Shown one piece after another: positions 50,326-62,483 of a stretch of 64,000 nucleotides of DNA. Within the stretch, counting starts at the first letter, position 1. The number at the start of each line of letters is the position of its first letter. The stretch is taken from contig NC_043001.1 of NCBI RefSeq assembly GCF_006345805.1, positions 133,672,001 through 133,736,000 on the forward strand. Direction: 5' to 3'. A model generated the notes under the pieces. The model did no database searches, was not told where the DNA came from, and saw nothing but the letters and a program-made list of their open reading frames with translations. The position numbers were made by a program, and so were the translations under genes. The stretch comes from Octopus sinensis (taxonomy: Eukaryota).

Positions 50326-50733
50326 GGCACAGGAGTGGCTGTGTGGTAAGTAGCTTTCTAACCAGCCACATGGTTCCGGGTTCAGTCCCACTGCATGGCA
50401 TCTTGGGCAAGTGTCTTCTGCTATAGCCCCGGGCCGACCAATGCCTTGTGAGTGGATTTGGTAGATGGAAACTGAAAGAAGCCTGTCGTATATATGTATA
50501 TATATATAAGTGTGTGCGTATATGTTTGTGTGTCTGTATTTGTCCCCCTAGCATTGCTTGACAACCGATGCTGGTGTGTTTACGTCCCGGTCACTTAGCG
50601 GTTCAGCAAAAGAGACCGATAGAATAAGTACTGGGCTTACAAAGAATAAGTCCCAGGGTCGATTTGCTCAACTAAAGGCGGTGCTCCAGCATGGCCATAG
50701 TCAAATGACTGAAACAAGTAAAAGAGTAAAAGA
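50326..50733 (+). mobile_element. SINE family B
   Basis: Full-length copy. Confidence 0.9.
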
Positions 50734-51329
50734 ATAAGCGGCTGCAATGCTGTTGAAACTAAATGACAGTAATGGATCCTAATGTTTACTATATATAACT
50801 AGCATATATAACATGCTAGTTAGGTGTTTATATACATATATGCATACAAGGGAACTTCTATATAAAACCTTGCCAATGTAGCTATGACATCTTCAACAAA
50901 ATGGTTACTATCTTTTTAAATGTAAGAATGGTTAGATATTAAATATTATTACAATCATCATTTAATTATTATATTCCATTCATTTTCATAAACATTAGCA
51001 TGGGTAACATGTTGGTTGGTTGGTTGGGGCAATAGTTTCCACAGGTAATACAAATGTGTATCTGGATTTTTAAGAAACCATATAAGTGCAAGCATGGCTG
51101 TGTGGTAAGAAGGTTGCTTCCCAACCACATGATTCCAGGTTCAGTCCCACTGCATGGCAATTTAGGCAAGTGTCTTTTACTATAACCCCAGACTGACCAT
51201 AGCCTTGTGAGTGGATTTAGTAGACAGAAACTGAAAGAAGTCCATTGTATATATACATATATGTGTGTGTGTCTGTGTTTATTCCAAAATCATCAGGAAC
51301 ATAAACACACTGTACTGGTGTGTTTATGT

Positions 51330-51839
51330 TCAAGTATAATCGGCCCTTGAATATAATACGCAGGGGATTTTTAGGGGGCTGTACTTCTAAAAAACTTAAA
51401 CATTGTGTATAACATGCACCACTTCTCTAACTCGAGTCGTGCGTAATTAAGCAAGCAGCACCTAGTTGAACAAACACTTCCACGCATGCGTAATACAATA
51501 ATGGTGATGTTCTTAACTGTTATATGGGAATGTAAATATGTCTGCAAATTGTTTTTGTTACATGTTATTCTGTGTTCTGAATAATTTTATTTTAATAAAT
51601 GTTGCTTACTGCAAGTTATGGATGATTCTTTTGACTTCATTGCTTTCAGGCTTAGCTTAAGCTATTTTCGCACCCAACATCACAAAATGTGTTTAAATAA
51701 ACATTGCCGGACAGCAAATAGCGACTCGGACATTGCTTAGAAAGTATTTTTCATTTTTAACCTCGTATATAATACGCACTAGGAATTTTGACCTTTAAAT
51801 TTTGGGAAAAAAATGCAGATTATACTCGAGGATTTACGG
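51330..51839. mobile_element. pogo/Tigger-like non-autonomous DNA transposon remnant
   Basis: Right end TTATACTCGAGGATTTACGG|TA with TATAATACGCA subterminal repeats; left end lost under a SINE. Confidence 0.45.
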
Positions 51840-51935
51840 TACTAATCAATCAAGCAATACTATGTATTCAGTTTCTAGGAACCTCACAACTACTGGCTAT
51901 GTCCTTATAACAATGTATTAACCATGTTAATACTA

Positions 51936-52076
51936 TAAGGTTGTCCCAAAAGTTCGTAGAAAGTCTTGGAAAATAATGGTCTTTATTTTGAGGAATAATT
52001 TTTGTTGTTTTTGTTAGTACTTGGCGAGTAAAAATTCAATTTTCACAAGTGTTTACGAACTTTTGGGACAACCTAA
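51936..52076. mobile_element. 141-bp mariner MITE
   Basis: TA|TAAGGTTGTCCCAAAAGTTCGTA ... TACGAACTTTTGGGACAACCTAA|TA; TIR related to the 389-954 element. Confidence 0.88.
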
Positions 52077-52565
52077 TAATATAACTTTTTGTAGTAAATG
52101 CTAAAGTTAACTTAACCTATCTGTATGCATGTTTTATCACATAGAATAATTCTAGTTAGCTACTGGTAGTTTCCTACTTTCAGTATGTTAACACTAATAA
52201 AACTATTGTATTCAATGTTGAAAATAACCCTGCTTTGAAATGGTTGAAGTAATGAAACTGAAATTAATTCCTCACGAGAATATTATATGATTTTGAAATG
52301 ATTTACAATCGCATACAAGAATCACAGTAAAAGAAATATTTAGGGCAAACTATAGAATTCCTCTTCCATTATCAATGCCACAGTTGGTTTAGAAAAAATA
52401 AATCTACTTGAAACTAAGTGTTTTAGCAATAAAATTTTATTGTTCCAAGAAAGTTTTTTTTTTATGAAACCATCTAAAATGAGATTTTATTATGTGTTAA
52501 TACGAAAGAAGAGAAATGAGAAGAATTAGGACAATAACTGGTGGGTCAAGGATATATGTTTAGGT

Positions 52566-53130
52566 CAGAGATAGGGGACCAGGAATACAATAGAAATGTA
52601 GAAGCCAGAGATATAAAAAAACATAGGGACTAGTGATAGAGAACTAGGACACATAAGAAATCTAGAAACCAGAGATGGGATCAGAGCACCTAAGAATTAT
52701 AGAGGCCAAAGACAGGGGACCAGGGCATATAAAAAATATAGGGGCCAAAGACAGGAAACCAAGACACATAAGAAATGTAGGGGCCAATGACAGGGTACCA
52801 CTGCACAAAAAATGAGTCCAGAGACAGGAAACTAGGACACATAAGAAATGTAGGGGCCAATGACAGGGTACCACTGCACAAAAAATGAGTCCAGAGACAG
52901 GAAACCAGGATACATAAGAAATGTAGGGGCCAATGACAGGGTACCACTGCACAAAAAATGTTGAATCCAGAGACAGGAAACCAGGACACATAAGAAATGT
53001 AGGGGCCAATGACAGGGTACCACTGCACAAAAAATGTTGAATCCAGAGACAGGGAATCAGGGCACATAAAAAATAGAGGCCAGAAATAGGAGACCAAGAC
53101 ATACAAGAAATATGAAGGTTAGAGACAGTA
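52566..53130. repeat. Minisatellite with 73-76-bp higher-order unit
   Basis: CCAGAGACAGG at 52818, 52891, 52967 and 53043. Confidence 0.92.
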
Positions 53131-53847
53131 GAGGTGTCATATTGGCAGAGTTGTTAGAGAATCAGATGAAATGTCTCACAGTATTCTAGTACCTTGAGTT
53201 TAGAGTTCAAAAATCTGCTGTCAGATTTGCCATTCATCTTCCCAGGGTAGTTAATTAAAGTAACATCCTAGGCAGCTGACTGGTTTTATTGTCAAAACAT
53301 TGGATGGAATGCCTTGTGTTTATTTGTTCCAGGACTTTGCATTCTATGTTCAAATCTCAGCAAAGTCTGACTGGTTGGTAGACTTAATCTATCACTTGAT
53401 TTAACACCATCACCTGCTGTCTTGGGTACCTTTAGTGGAGTCCATTCTGTTGTAACAACTATTTAGGCAGGCCTCAAAATCCTTCCTCCCACAAGTCTCA
53501 GAGACTTTGTAAAGGGCCATGCACAACTTTTCCACTGATTATACAGTAACAAGACAAAATGGACAGAAGGGGAAACTGTTTGACCAGCATTGGGCAGTTA
53601 TTTTACTCTTTTGTTTAAAAAAAAAGGTCTTCTTATTTTGTTCCACAGGAGTGAATAATAAGCTTTTTTTTTTTTTTTTTTTTTTAGCAGATAAACATCT
53701 AAAGATCTAGCATCTGTCCATTAAGAAGTTTTAACAGCATTATCTTAATCAGTTTTACATTTAATGAGCATCACATTTCACAGAGAAATGTGAATGCTCT
53801 CTTAAGTATTCAGCTTTCTCTGTCAAATGTGACGCATATTTACTCAC

Positions 53848-54209
53848 ATTGGCCGATGCCAGCGCCGCCCCGACTGGCTTCTGTGCCGGTGGCACATAAA
53901 AAGCACCATCCGAATGTTGCCAGCGCCGCCGCCTTGGCTGGCTTCCGTGCCGCTGGCACGTTAAAAGCTCCAACCAATCGTGGCCGATGCCGGACCCCCC
54001 CCCCTGGCACCTCTGCATGTGGCACGTAAAAAGCACCCACTACACTCGCGGAGTGGTTGGCGTTAGGAAGGGCATCCAGCCGTAGAAACTCTGCCAGATA
54101 AGACTGGAGCCTGGAGCAGTCCCTGGCTTTCCAGACGCCGGTCGAACCGTCCAACCCGTGCTAGCGAGGAAAACGGACGTTAAATGATGATGATGATGAT
54201 GATGATGAT
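53848..54209 (+). mobile_element. SINE-like family D
   Basis: AGGAAGGGCATCCAGCCGTAGAAAC block and (GAT)n tail. Confidence 0.85.
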
Positions 54210-54591
54210 TGTGATGCTCCTTTACTCAAATGTGTTACCTTGTAGCATTGAAATTTCAATGGCATGATTGTGCTTTTTGTCTTTGTTTTTGTTTTTTGTT
54301 TTTTTTCAGAATGACATCACAGGTGTAAGAGGCCAGATCTGGCAGGTTTGAACATAAAATGGGTAAAATATTTGGGCTGGATATGGTCCTTTTAAATGCT
54401 AAAAATGCTAACACTACATTTGTTTCTTCTCTTCTTTCTTCCAATATTCTGTCATCTATCCACCCAAGTAGACCCCCTTGAGACACACGTAACACAATGA
54501 CTTTTCTCTAATTTTTCCAATACAATGCTTATTGGTGTGACTTTTGAAGAAAGATTTTCATTAGAAAGCAACAACATTTTCAGGAAACTCT

Positions 54592-54991
54592 CTTTACTAT
54601 TTTACTTGTTTCAGTCATTTGACTGCGGCCATGCTGGTGCACCGCCTTTAGTCGAGCAAATCGATCCCGGGACTTATTCTTTGTAAGCCCAGTACTTATT
54701 CTATCAGTCTCTTTTTGCCGAACCGCTAAGTGACGGGGACGTAAACACACCAGCATCGGTTGTCAAGCAATGCTAGTGGGACAAACACAGACACACAAAC
54801 ATACACGCACATACATATATATACATAAATACGACGGGCTTCTTTCAGTTTCCATCTACCAAATCCACTCACAAGGCTTTGGTCGGCCCGAGGCTATAGT
54901 AGAAGACACTTGCCCAAGGTGCCACGCAGTGGGACTGAACCCGGAACCATGTGGTTGGTAAAGAAGTTACTTACCACACAGCCACTCCTGC
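54592..54991 (-). mobile_element. SINE family B
   Basis: Full-length copy. Confidence 0.9.
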
Positions 54992-55237
54992 AGAAACTGT
55001 GCAGAAAACTTGAAAAGAATTTTGAATTTTCATTAGAGAGGCTGACACTACAACTTAACACAGTCTGAATATTCACATTACATTTATGCCATATCAAAAC
55101 ACGTAACATTTATATAATAGAGTCAATAATCCCTGGACTGAAATGTTAACTACTGATGGTGTATCAGATTTCAGAATGATTGTTTATTTGCATCTATAAA
55201 ATAGGACAGCTTGTGAATAAAACCCAAGATTAAACGC

Positions 55238-55613
55238 TCTCTCTTTTACTTGTTTCAGTCATTTTGAATGCGGCCATGCTGGAGCACCGCCTTTAGTCAG
55301 GACTTATTCTTTGTAAGCCCAGTACTTATTCTATCGGTCTCTTATGCCGAACCGCTAAGTAACGGGGACATAAACACACCAGCATCGGTTGTCAAGCAAT
55401 GCTAGGGGGACAAACACAGACACACAAACACACACACGCATACATATATACGACGGGCTTCTTTCAGTTTCCGTCTACCAAATCCACTCACAAGGCTTTG
55501 GTCGGCCCGAGGCTATAGTAGAAGACACTTGCCCAAGGTGCCACGCAGTGGGACTGAACACGGAACCATGTGGTTGGTAAACAAGCTACTTACCACACAG
55601 CCACTCCTGCGCC
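55238..55613 (-). mobile_element. SINE family B
   Basis: Full-length copy with a small internal deletion. Confidence 0.9.
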
Positions 55614-55903
55614 TATTTATTTACATTAAGATATAGATGTAAGTGCAACAGTGGAATTGAAAAGTTTGCTTCTATCTAACCATATATCAGCTCAGGTCCA
55701 GGTTCAGTCCCACTGCATGGCACCCTGGGCCAGTGTCTTCTACTACAGCCCAAGCAACCAAAGCCCTGAGTGGATTTGACAGATGGAAACTGAAAGAATC
55801 CCATTGTATATGGGTATGCATGTGTGCGCATATGAGTGTGAGTGAGTATGTTTGTATCTCCTTGTCCTGATTTCACATGACTATGGTAAGTGAATGTCAT
55901 TCA

Positions 55904-56567
55904 TCATCATCGTTTAGCGTCCGCTTTCCATGCTAGCATGGGTTGGACGGTTCAACTGGGGTCCGGGAAGCCAGAAGGCTGCACCAGGCTCCAGTCTTAT
56001 CTGGCAATGTTTCTACGGCTGGATGCCCTTCCTAACGCCAACCACTCCGTGAGTGTAGTGGGTGCTTTTTACGTGCCACCCGCACAGGTGCCAGACGGAG
56101 CTGGCAAACGGCCACAGACAGAGGGTGCTTTTACGTGCCACCGGCACAGGACTAATCATTCATTTCCAATATTCTGTGAAAACATGTCTAACCATGGGAA
56201 GAAGTTACCTTGCTTGGAAATAGGTAAGGATTGGTAACAGAAAGAGCATCCTGCCATAGAAAATCTGGCTCAAACTCCATCTGATTCGTTTAAGTATAGA
56301 AAAGTGAATGTTAAAACAATGATGGTGATGTATGATTTTGCAATATAGCTTATACAAGCAATGTAGTTTATATAAATTTGGCTCTAGTTCAACATCATCA
56401 TCGTTTAATGTCCGTTCTCCATGCTAGCATGGGTTGGACGGTTCGACCGGGGATCTGGGAAGCCAGAAGGCTGCACCAGGCTCCAGTCTTATCTGGCAGT
56501 GTTTCTACAGCTGGATGCTCTTCCTAATGCCAACCACTCCGTGAGTGTAGTGGGTGCTTTTTACGTG
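55904..56567 (-). mobile_element. Two 3' fragments of SINE-like family D
   Basis: CATCATCATCGTTTA..CCATGCTAGCATGGGTTGGACG at about 55904 and about 56393. Confidence 0.82.
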
Positions 56568-57344
56568 TAACAATTTCACATAAGAAACATTTCTTCATCA
56601 TCAATAACATCCTTCAACATCCATGTTCCATGGCATCTTCAGTTTCACAGAATGAATCTGATGGACCCATCAACATGTTCCGGTGCCTGCTTTGGCATTC
56701 AAGTGTCATTTATTGCCTCTCCTGGCACCAACTATTTCACAGTGTGTACCAAGTGCTGCTTTCATTCCACCAGCACAAATGAGGTGACCATGCAGCTTGC
56801 AAGTCTATGAACCCCAAAAGGGGCAGCTTTACACTGGGAGATGAGGGGTAAAAATATGAGAAAACTGGCCGGAGCAGAATAGGTCCCTTGCAGTAGAGAA
56901 GCTACATGACTACTCACATTTTACAAACGAGGATGGGAGTGATTGGATAGGGCTAAAAAAAGACAAAAATAGTGGTGATGAGGTATCAGGGTGGATCCTC
57001 AGGGTACAAGTGGGTAAAAGTGAGTTAGGTAAAGGGGCCAGGAATGTAGGTAGGTGGAAGTTGCAAGAGAGTAAAGAGAAAGTAATAGATGAACAGAGGA
57101 GGGGAGGTAGTCTGCCACTGTAAAAATTGGATAGGGTTGAAGGATGGATTACTAATGATACATATGTTAAGAAAAGTAGGGTTGGAAGTAAGAGATGAAT
57201 GACAGTGTGGAGCAGCAGAACAGTAATGACAATACAGTAGATAGGAGAAGGACAGGAGAAAGTTGACATGTGGTTGGGCAGTTTACCACCAAAACAAATT
57301 TTATACTTACACTTCAGCTTATCAACCATATTAAAATGGTTATA

Positions 57345-57758
57345 GGTGCAGGAGTGGCTGTGTGGTAAGTAGCTTGTTTACCAACCACATGGTTCTGGGT
57401 TCAGTCCCACTGCGTGGCACCTTGGGCAAGTGTCTTCTACAATAGCCTCGGGCCGACCAAAGCCTTGTGAGTGGATTTGGTAGACGGAAACTGAAAGAAG
57501 CCCGTCGTATATATGTATATATATATATATATACATGTGTGTGTGTTTGTGTGTCTGTGTTTGTCCCCCTAGCATTGCTTGACAACCGATGCTGGTGTGT
57601 TTATGTCCCCGTTACTTAGCGGTTCGGCAAAAAGAGACCGATAGAATAAGTACTGGGCTTACAAAAAGAATAAGTCCCAGGGTCGAGTTGCTCGATTAAA
57701 GGCGGTGCTCCAGCATGGCCGCAGTCAAATGACTGAATCAAGTAAAAGAGTAAAAGAG
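57345..57758 (+). mobile_element. SINE family B
   Basis: Full-length copy. Confidence 0.9.
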
Positions 57759-58860
57759 AATATCAGTTTTACTTTATATACTTTAATTCTATGCTTATCT
57801 ACAACACCTCACTTTTTAAAAAAAACTTTTAACAAGTACTTTTGGAAAATTTTTCATTTGTGGTGCTATTCTCAAATATAAAATGTTTTTTAAATATGGA
57901 GGTTTGCGGATTTTGGAATTTCAAATAAGGGATTGTCAATTTATTTTTGATTGTGGAACTCAAAGTCGAGAAAGTTATAAATAATAACAGGAAAATACTG
58001 GCTTTAAAAAAAAAACCCTTTAGCTCGACAAAGTCAAAGGCTGTCCATGGGATGTAAACAAAGAATCATCAATTATAATCCTTTGTATGATAAGCAGAAG
58101 GCCTGAAATTTGGTGGGAGGGAGATGGCCAACTACATCGACCCCACTGCTAAACTGGTATTTATTTCATTGACCCTGAAAGGATGAAAGACAAAGTCGAC
58201 ATTGGCAGAATTTGAACTTAGAACATACAGTGTGCGGCTAAGCATTTTATCCGTTATGCTAATGATTCTGTCAGCACTAATCAACCCAGATTCATTATGA
58301 ATCAAAATTTTTGTTTGTTAATTTGTTAATATCGTAGACTACTAGAGCAAAATTTTTAGTAATATTTAATTTTTTAACACTATCAAGACAAAATATATTT
58401 ATGTTTCAAAATTGTAAACATTTTCAGACCACATGTTTAATAGTACTTAATCTTATAAACATTCATCATTATCATTACAATTTTTAACATCTGTTTACCA
58501 TACTGGAATGGGTTGGACTGTTTGACAGCAGCTGGCAAGTCAGAAGACTGCACCAAGTCCTACTGTCTGGTTTAACATGGTTTCTACAACCAGATACACT
58601 TCCTGTGCCAACAACTTTACAGAGTGCACTAGGTGCTTTATATGTGGCACCAGTAGTATTGAGGTCACCAAATAACTCACAGGACAAAACCCTTGCCAAA
58701 GTGGGGGGTAGAGGTGGCTTTGTTCCAGGTGATGTGAGGTTTCAGTATGAATAAAGGGACAGTGTCTTGTAGTTAAGATACATGGCTAACCCAAGAGGAG
58801 AGAGAGAGAGGGGGGGGGAAGAGAAGATGGTGAAGATATGATAGAGATACACTTGAGTTA

Positions 58861-59101
58861 GAGGGAGGTGTCTACAAGTGAAGTGGGGCCAAGGACTTGT
58901 TAAGGAGTGGAGTGCACAGCAAAGTTCATGAGATGGTGAAAGGAAAGTGAGAGGAGAGAGAATGTTATTATCATCATCATTGTTTAGATGATAATAACAT
59001 TCTCTCTCCTCTCACTTTCCTTTCACCATCTCATGAACTTTGCTGTGCACTCCACTCCTTAACAAGTCCTTGGCCCCACTTCACTTGTAGACACCTCCCT
59101 C
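58861..59101. repeat. Perfect 115-bp inverted repeat with 11-nt loop
   Basis: 58861-58975 is the exact reverse complement of 58987-59101. Confidence 0.96.
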
Positions 59102-59871
59102 CAGGAGAAAATGGCTTGTGTGATATTTTGTTGACCCTTTTTACATTCTGAGTTCCAATCTTGCAGAGATCAGCTTTGCTGTCATTATTCCAAAGTGGTT
59201 AATTTATAAAAGAAACAATCAAATGCTGGAATCATTTAATTCAAAGATAAGATCTAAAGAAACTGGTGAGAGTTTTCTTTGTTGGCAACAATTATTCCAC
59301 AGGACAGTTATCAGAACAGTTTGATGAGATTTCTTCAAAAAAGTGAAGAATCTAAATTCACTTCTCCCAGCAATCAAACTCAACAATCTCTTGCAGGAAC
59401 TGTCCCAGCAATGAAATCAATTTAGCTCTCTTTCAAGATGTTGGTTCCTGATTTAAATTAAACAAAAAATCAAACACACACTATAAAATGACATTCAGTT
59501 TACAAATAGATATTTTCTTTCTTTTTTTTTTTTTCAAATATATTCTTTTTAATCATCTGAAGAAAATAAATATCTGCTTTTAGGATCAAAAATTTATTTA
59601 AAAGTTTGAAGAATTGTATTTAAATCTATGTTTTGTGGATTTCTTTACTTGTGTCAAACAACAAGGATGATGAAGATGAAGGGACGGATCACTACAAAGT
59701 CAATTTGTCCATGCATAATTAGAGTAAAACATATTTTAGTTCACACTACACACTAAGCTCATGTGTGAAGATGAATTGCTGGTTTGACTGTCTAGCAATC
59801 TGTGAGGCAGTCTGTCTAAATGACTGTCTATCTGTTTGTCAATGTGATATCTATCTACACACTAATAGACA

Positions 59872-60570
59872 TCTTTATATATAAGAGTGAAGTTGTGTGT
59901 CTGTCTCCTACGATTTAGATTCCTAACTACTCCCACATTTTGCGGTGCAGTTTAACCAAAAGCGGGTATCTTATAGTCGTGATTCATATCGAGCCCTTCT
60001 GGGTATTAGTGCGCGTCTACGATGAGTCTACGATTAAAAAAAAAATTTACCATCATTTTTTTCCATTTTAATGCATTTTTTCACTATTATATAAGGGAAG
60101 TAACTCTCTAAAAATGTCTACGATGAGTCAACGATTCTAAAAAAAATTTACCATTATTTTTTTTCCATTTTCAATGCATTTTTTTGCTATATTTTGGCTA
60201 TAAGTCTCTAAAAATGCTTATATAGTTATTTCCCTTACAAACCCGAGCAACGTCAGGTGATACTGCTAGTCTTTATATATAAAAGTGAAGTTGTGTATCT
60301 GTCTCCTACGATTTAGATTCCTAACTACTCCCACATTTTGCGGTGCAGTTTAACCCAAAGCTGGTATCTTATAGTCGTGATTCATATCAAGCCCTTCTGG
60401 GTATTAGCGTGCGTCTACGATGAGTCTCCAATTTAAAAAAAAAATTTACCATCATTTTTTCCCATTTTTAATGCATTTTTTTGCTATTATATAAGGGAAG
60501 TAACTCTCTAAAAAATGCTTATATAGTTATTTCCCTTACAAACCCGAGGAACGCCGGGCGATACTGCTAG
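59872..60570 (+). mobile_element. Head-to-tail dimer of a non-autonomous Helitron
   Basis: A|TCTTTATATATAA start (59872); CTAG ends at 60269 and 60570; second TC start at 60270; hairpin CCCGAG.AACGCCGGG before the last CTAG. Confidence 0.92.
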
Positions 60571-62483
60571 TATGTAGATAAATTACTTGTCTGACCATCA
60601 GTCAATACATCTCCCTATTTACTCACTAATAGATGTGAACAGACAAATTATATGTCTGTCTATCTGTCTATATGACTGTTAAAAAATCTGTCTAATGGAC
60701 AGACACACTGTTTATCGGTCAGTCAATCAGTCTTCCTATCTACGCACTAACAGATGTGCATAAGCAAACATCTGTTTTTCTGTCCATCTAATAGAATTAA
60801 GTAAAAATATTTTACAAAAATAAACATTCCAACACTTGTGTACATGAGAACACACACACACACATTCTAATACATATATAATCACACACTTGTACACATA
60901 TCCACACATCAACATATTCACATACACAAATATACACACATATATACAAACATTTACACACACACACCCTTAGATCTACATTTATCTTATGTGGAATAAA
61001 AGAAAAAGACAAAAAATAATAAAAATTTTCATAAAAGGATGGAGACAAATATGAAACCAGGTTAACCAGGTTCAATTCCAATTGGCACAAAAATGTCCCA
61101 CTATCTGGGTTTCTTGCCTCTTTTAGGCTCTGTTGTTCCAAGTTGATTAAAGATTAAGAATAATGAAATATTGCAATGAATCAATGAGTGAGGTATCTAA
61201 ATATTGGTAAGTTCATTTTGTTATTGGCATGGATCAAAAATAAATACAAAATAGCATTTCTGTAGTCATTTACCAATATAAATTGGCAAATAGTACCATT
61301 GTTTTAGATACTGAAATAACAAGTTCTAAAATAGTTTTGGATTCACTTTTAGGATCAGATCTGTTATGGAATAAAAATACAAATAAATATAATTACAAAG
61401 ATAGAGAAATTATATGTAAAGGTATGAAAATACAAAGATAGTGAAGTATGTGAAAGGATGAAAATTGTTGGTAAAATATAAAATTATCCAAGATGAATAA
61501 GGTAATATGTTGGCTCTTGGTTTATTGTTGTTATTGTTGTATTAGGGTTAATTACATCATCGATAACTGTGACCAGAATCCACCCACATCCCTTCAGGGG
61601 ATTGCTTGTAATAGCGGGGAAGTCCATTTTTGAAGAGAGATTTCATAGGTGTTGGATGTATTCTGATGTGAATAAAAGTATTTCGGAAGTCCTCAACAAA
61701 ATTGGGTGGCTCTTGTTTAGGAGATGTGGAAAATTTCTGAAAAGAGATACATAAATAAATAAATAAGAGAAAATATAGTAAACAAATAAAGGAAATAGTA
61801 AGTAAACACTGAGGGAATTGGTTATTTTGAAGGGTTTCCCCAGTTAATGTCACAATGGTAAATACATTTAAGAAGAAAATACTAAAATCTTCAACTCATT
61901 TAAATATGAGAGTGAATCAGTAAAATTCCCATAACACAAGTGATTGTCTGTGTCAACAGTTAGTAATTACAGCTAATTGACATAGTGGAGTAAATTATTT
62001 TGCTCTCAGGAAGAAGGAAAGTCTGATGTTTTAAACATATCCTTTTGTTGGCAAGAGAAAGAGAAGTATTGTTTAGTAGATTGGCAAAGAAACAGAGTGA
62101 GGACTGATTTGTATACCATTGGATTTAAACATTTAATAAAGATGACTTTCATTGGGAAGAGAAGCAAAAAATTATGCAAGACAGAATGAAATAGTAAACT
62201 TGTAAAAATTGCATTAAAGGAGTCACTTTAAGCTTTTAACACTTTAACCCCCTGTCTAACAAAAATGCCTTTTTATCCACATTGTTATGAATCAATCATT
62301 TATTACCCTGTAGTTTTGAGATTTAGATAATGTGATAGTTTATTTTTAGGATGACAATGTATACATTGTATAGTAATGAGGACTTCTGAGTATTGCTGAG
62401 CGCATGAAACCTCTCTAGTGCTGGTGCCATGATAAAATGTACACTACAGAGTGACTGATAGTTTATTTTTAGGATGACAATGT

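Noticed and set aside
59302-59425. 40-codon open stretch DSYQNSLMRF...MKSI* after CACAG
   Set aside because: Weak acceptor, no recognisable homology and no linked exons.
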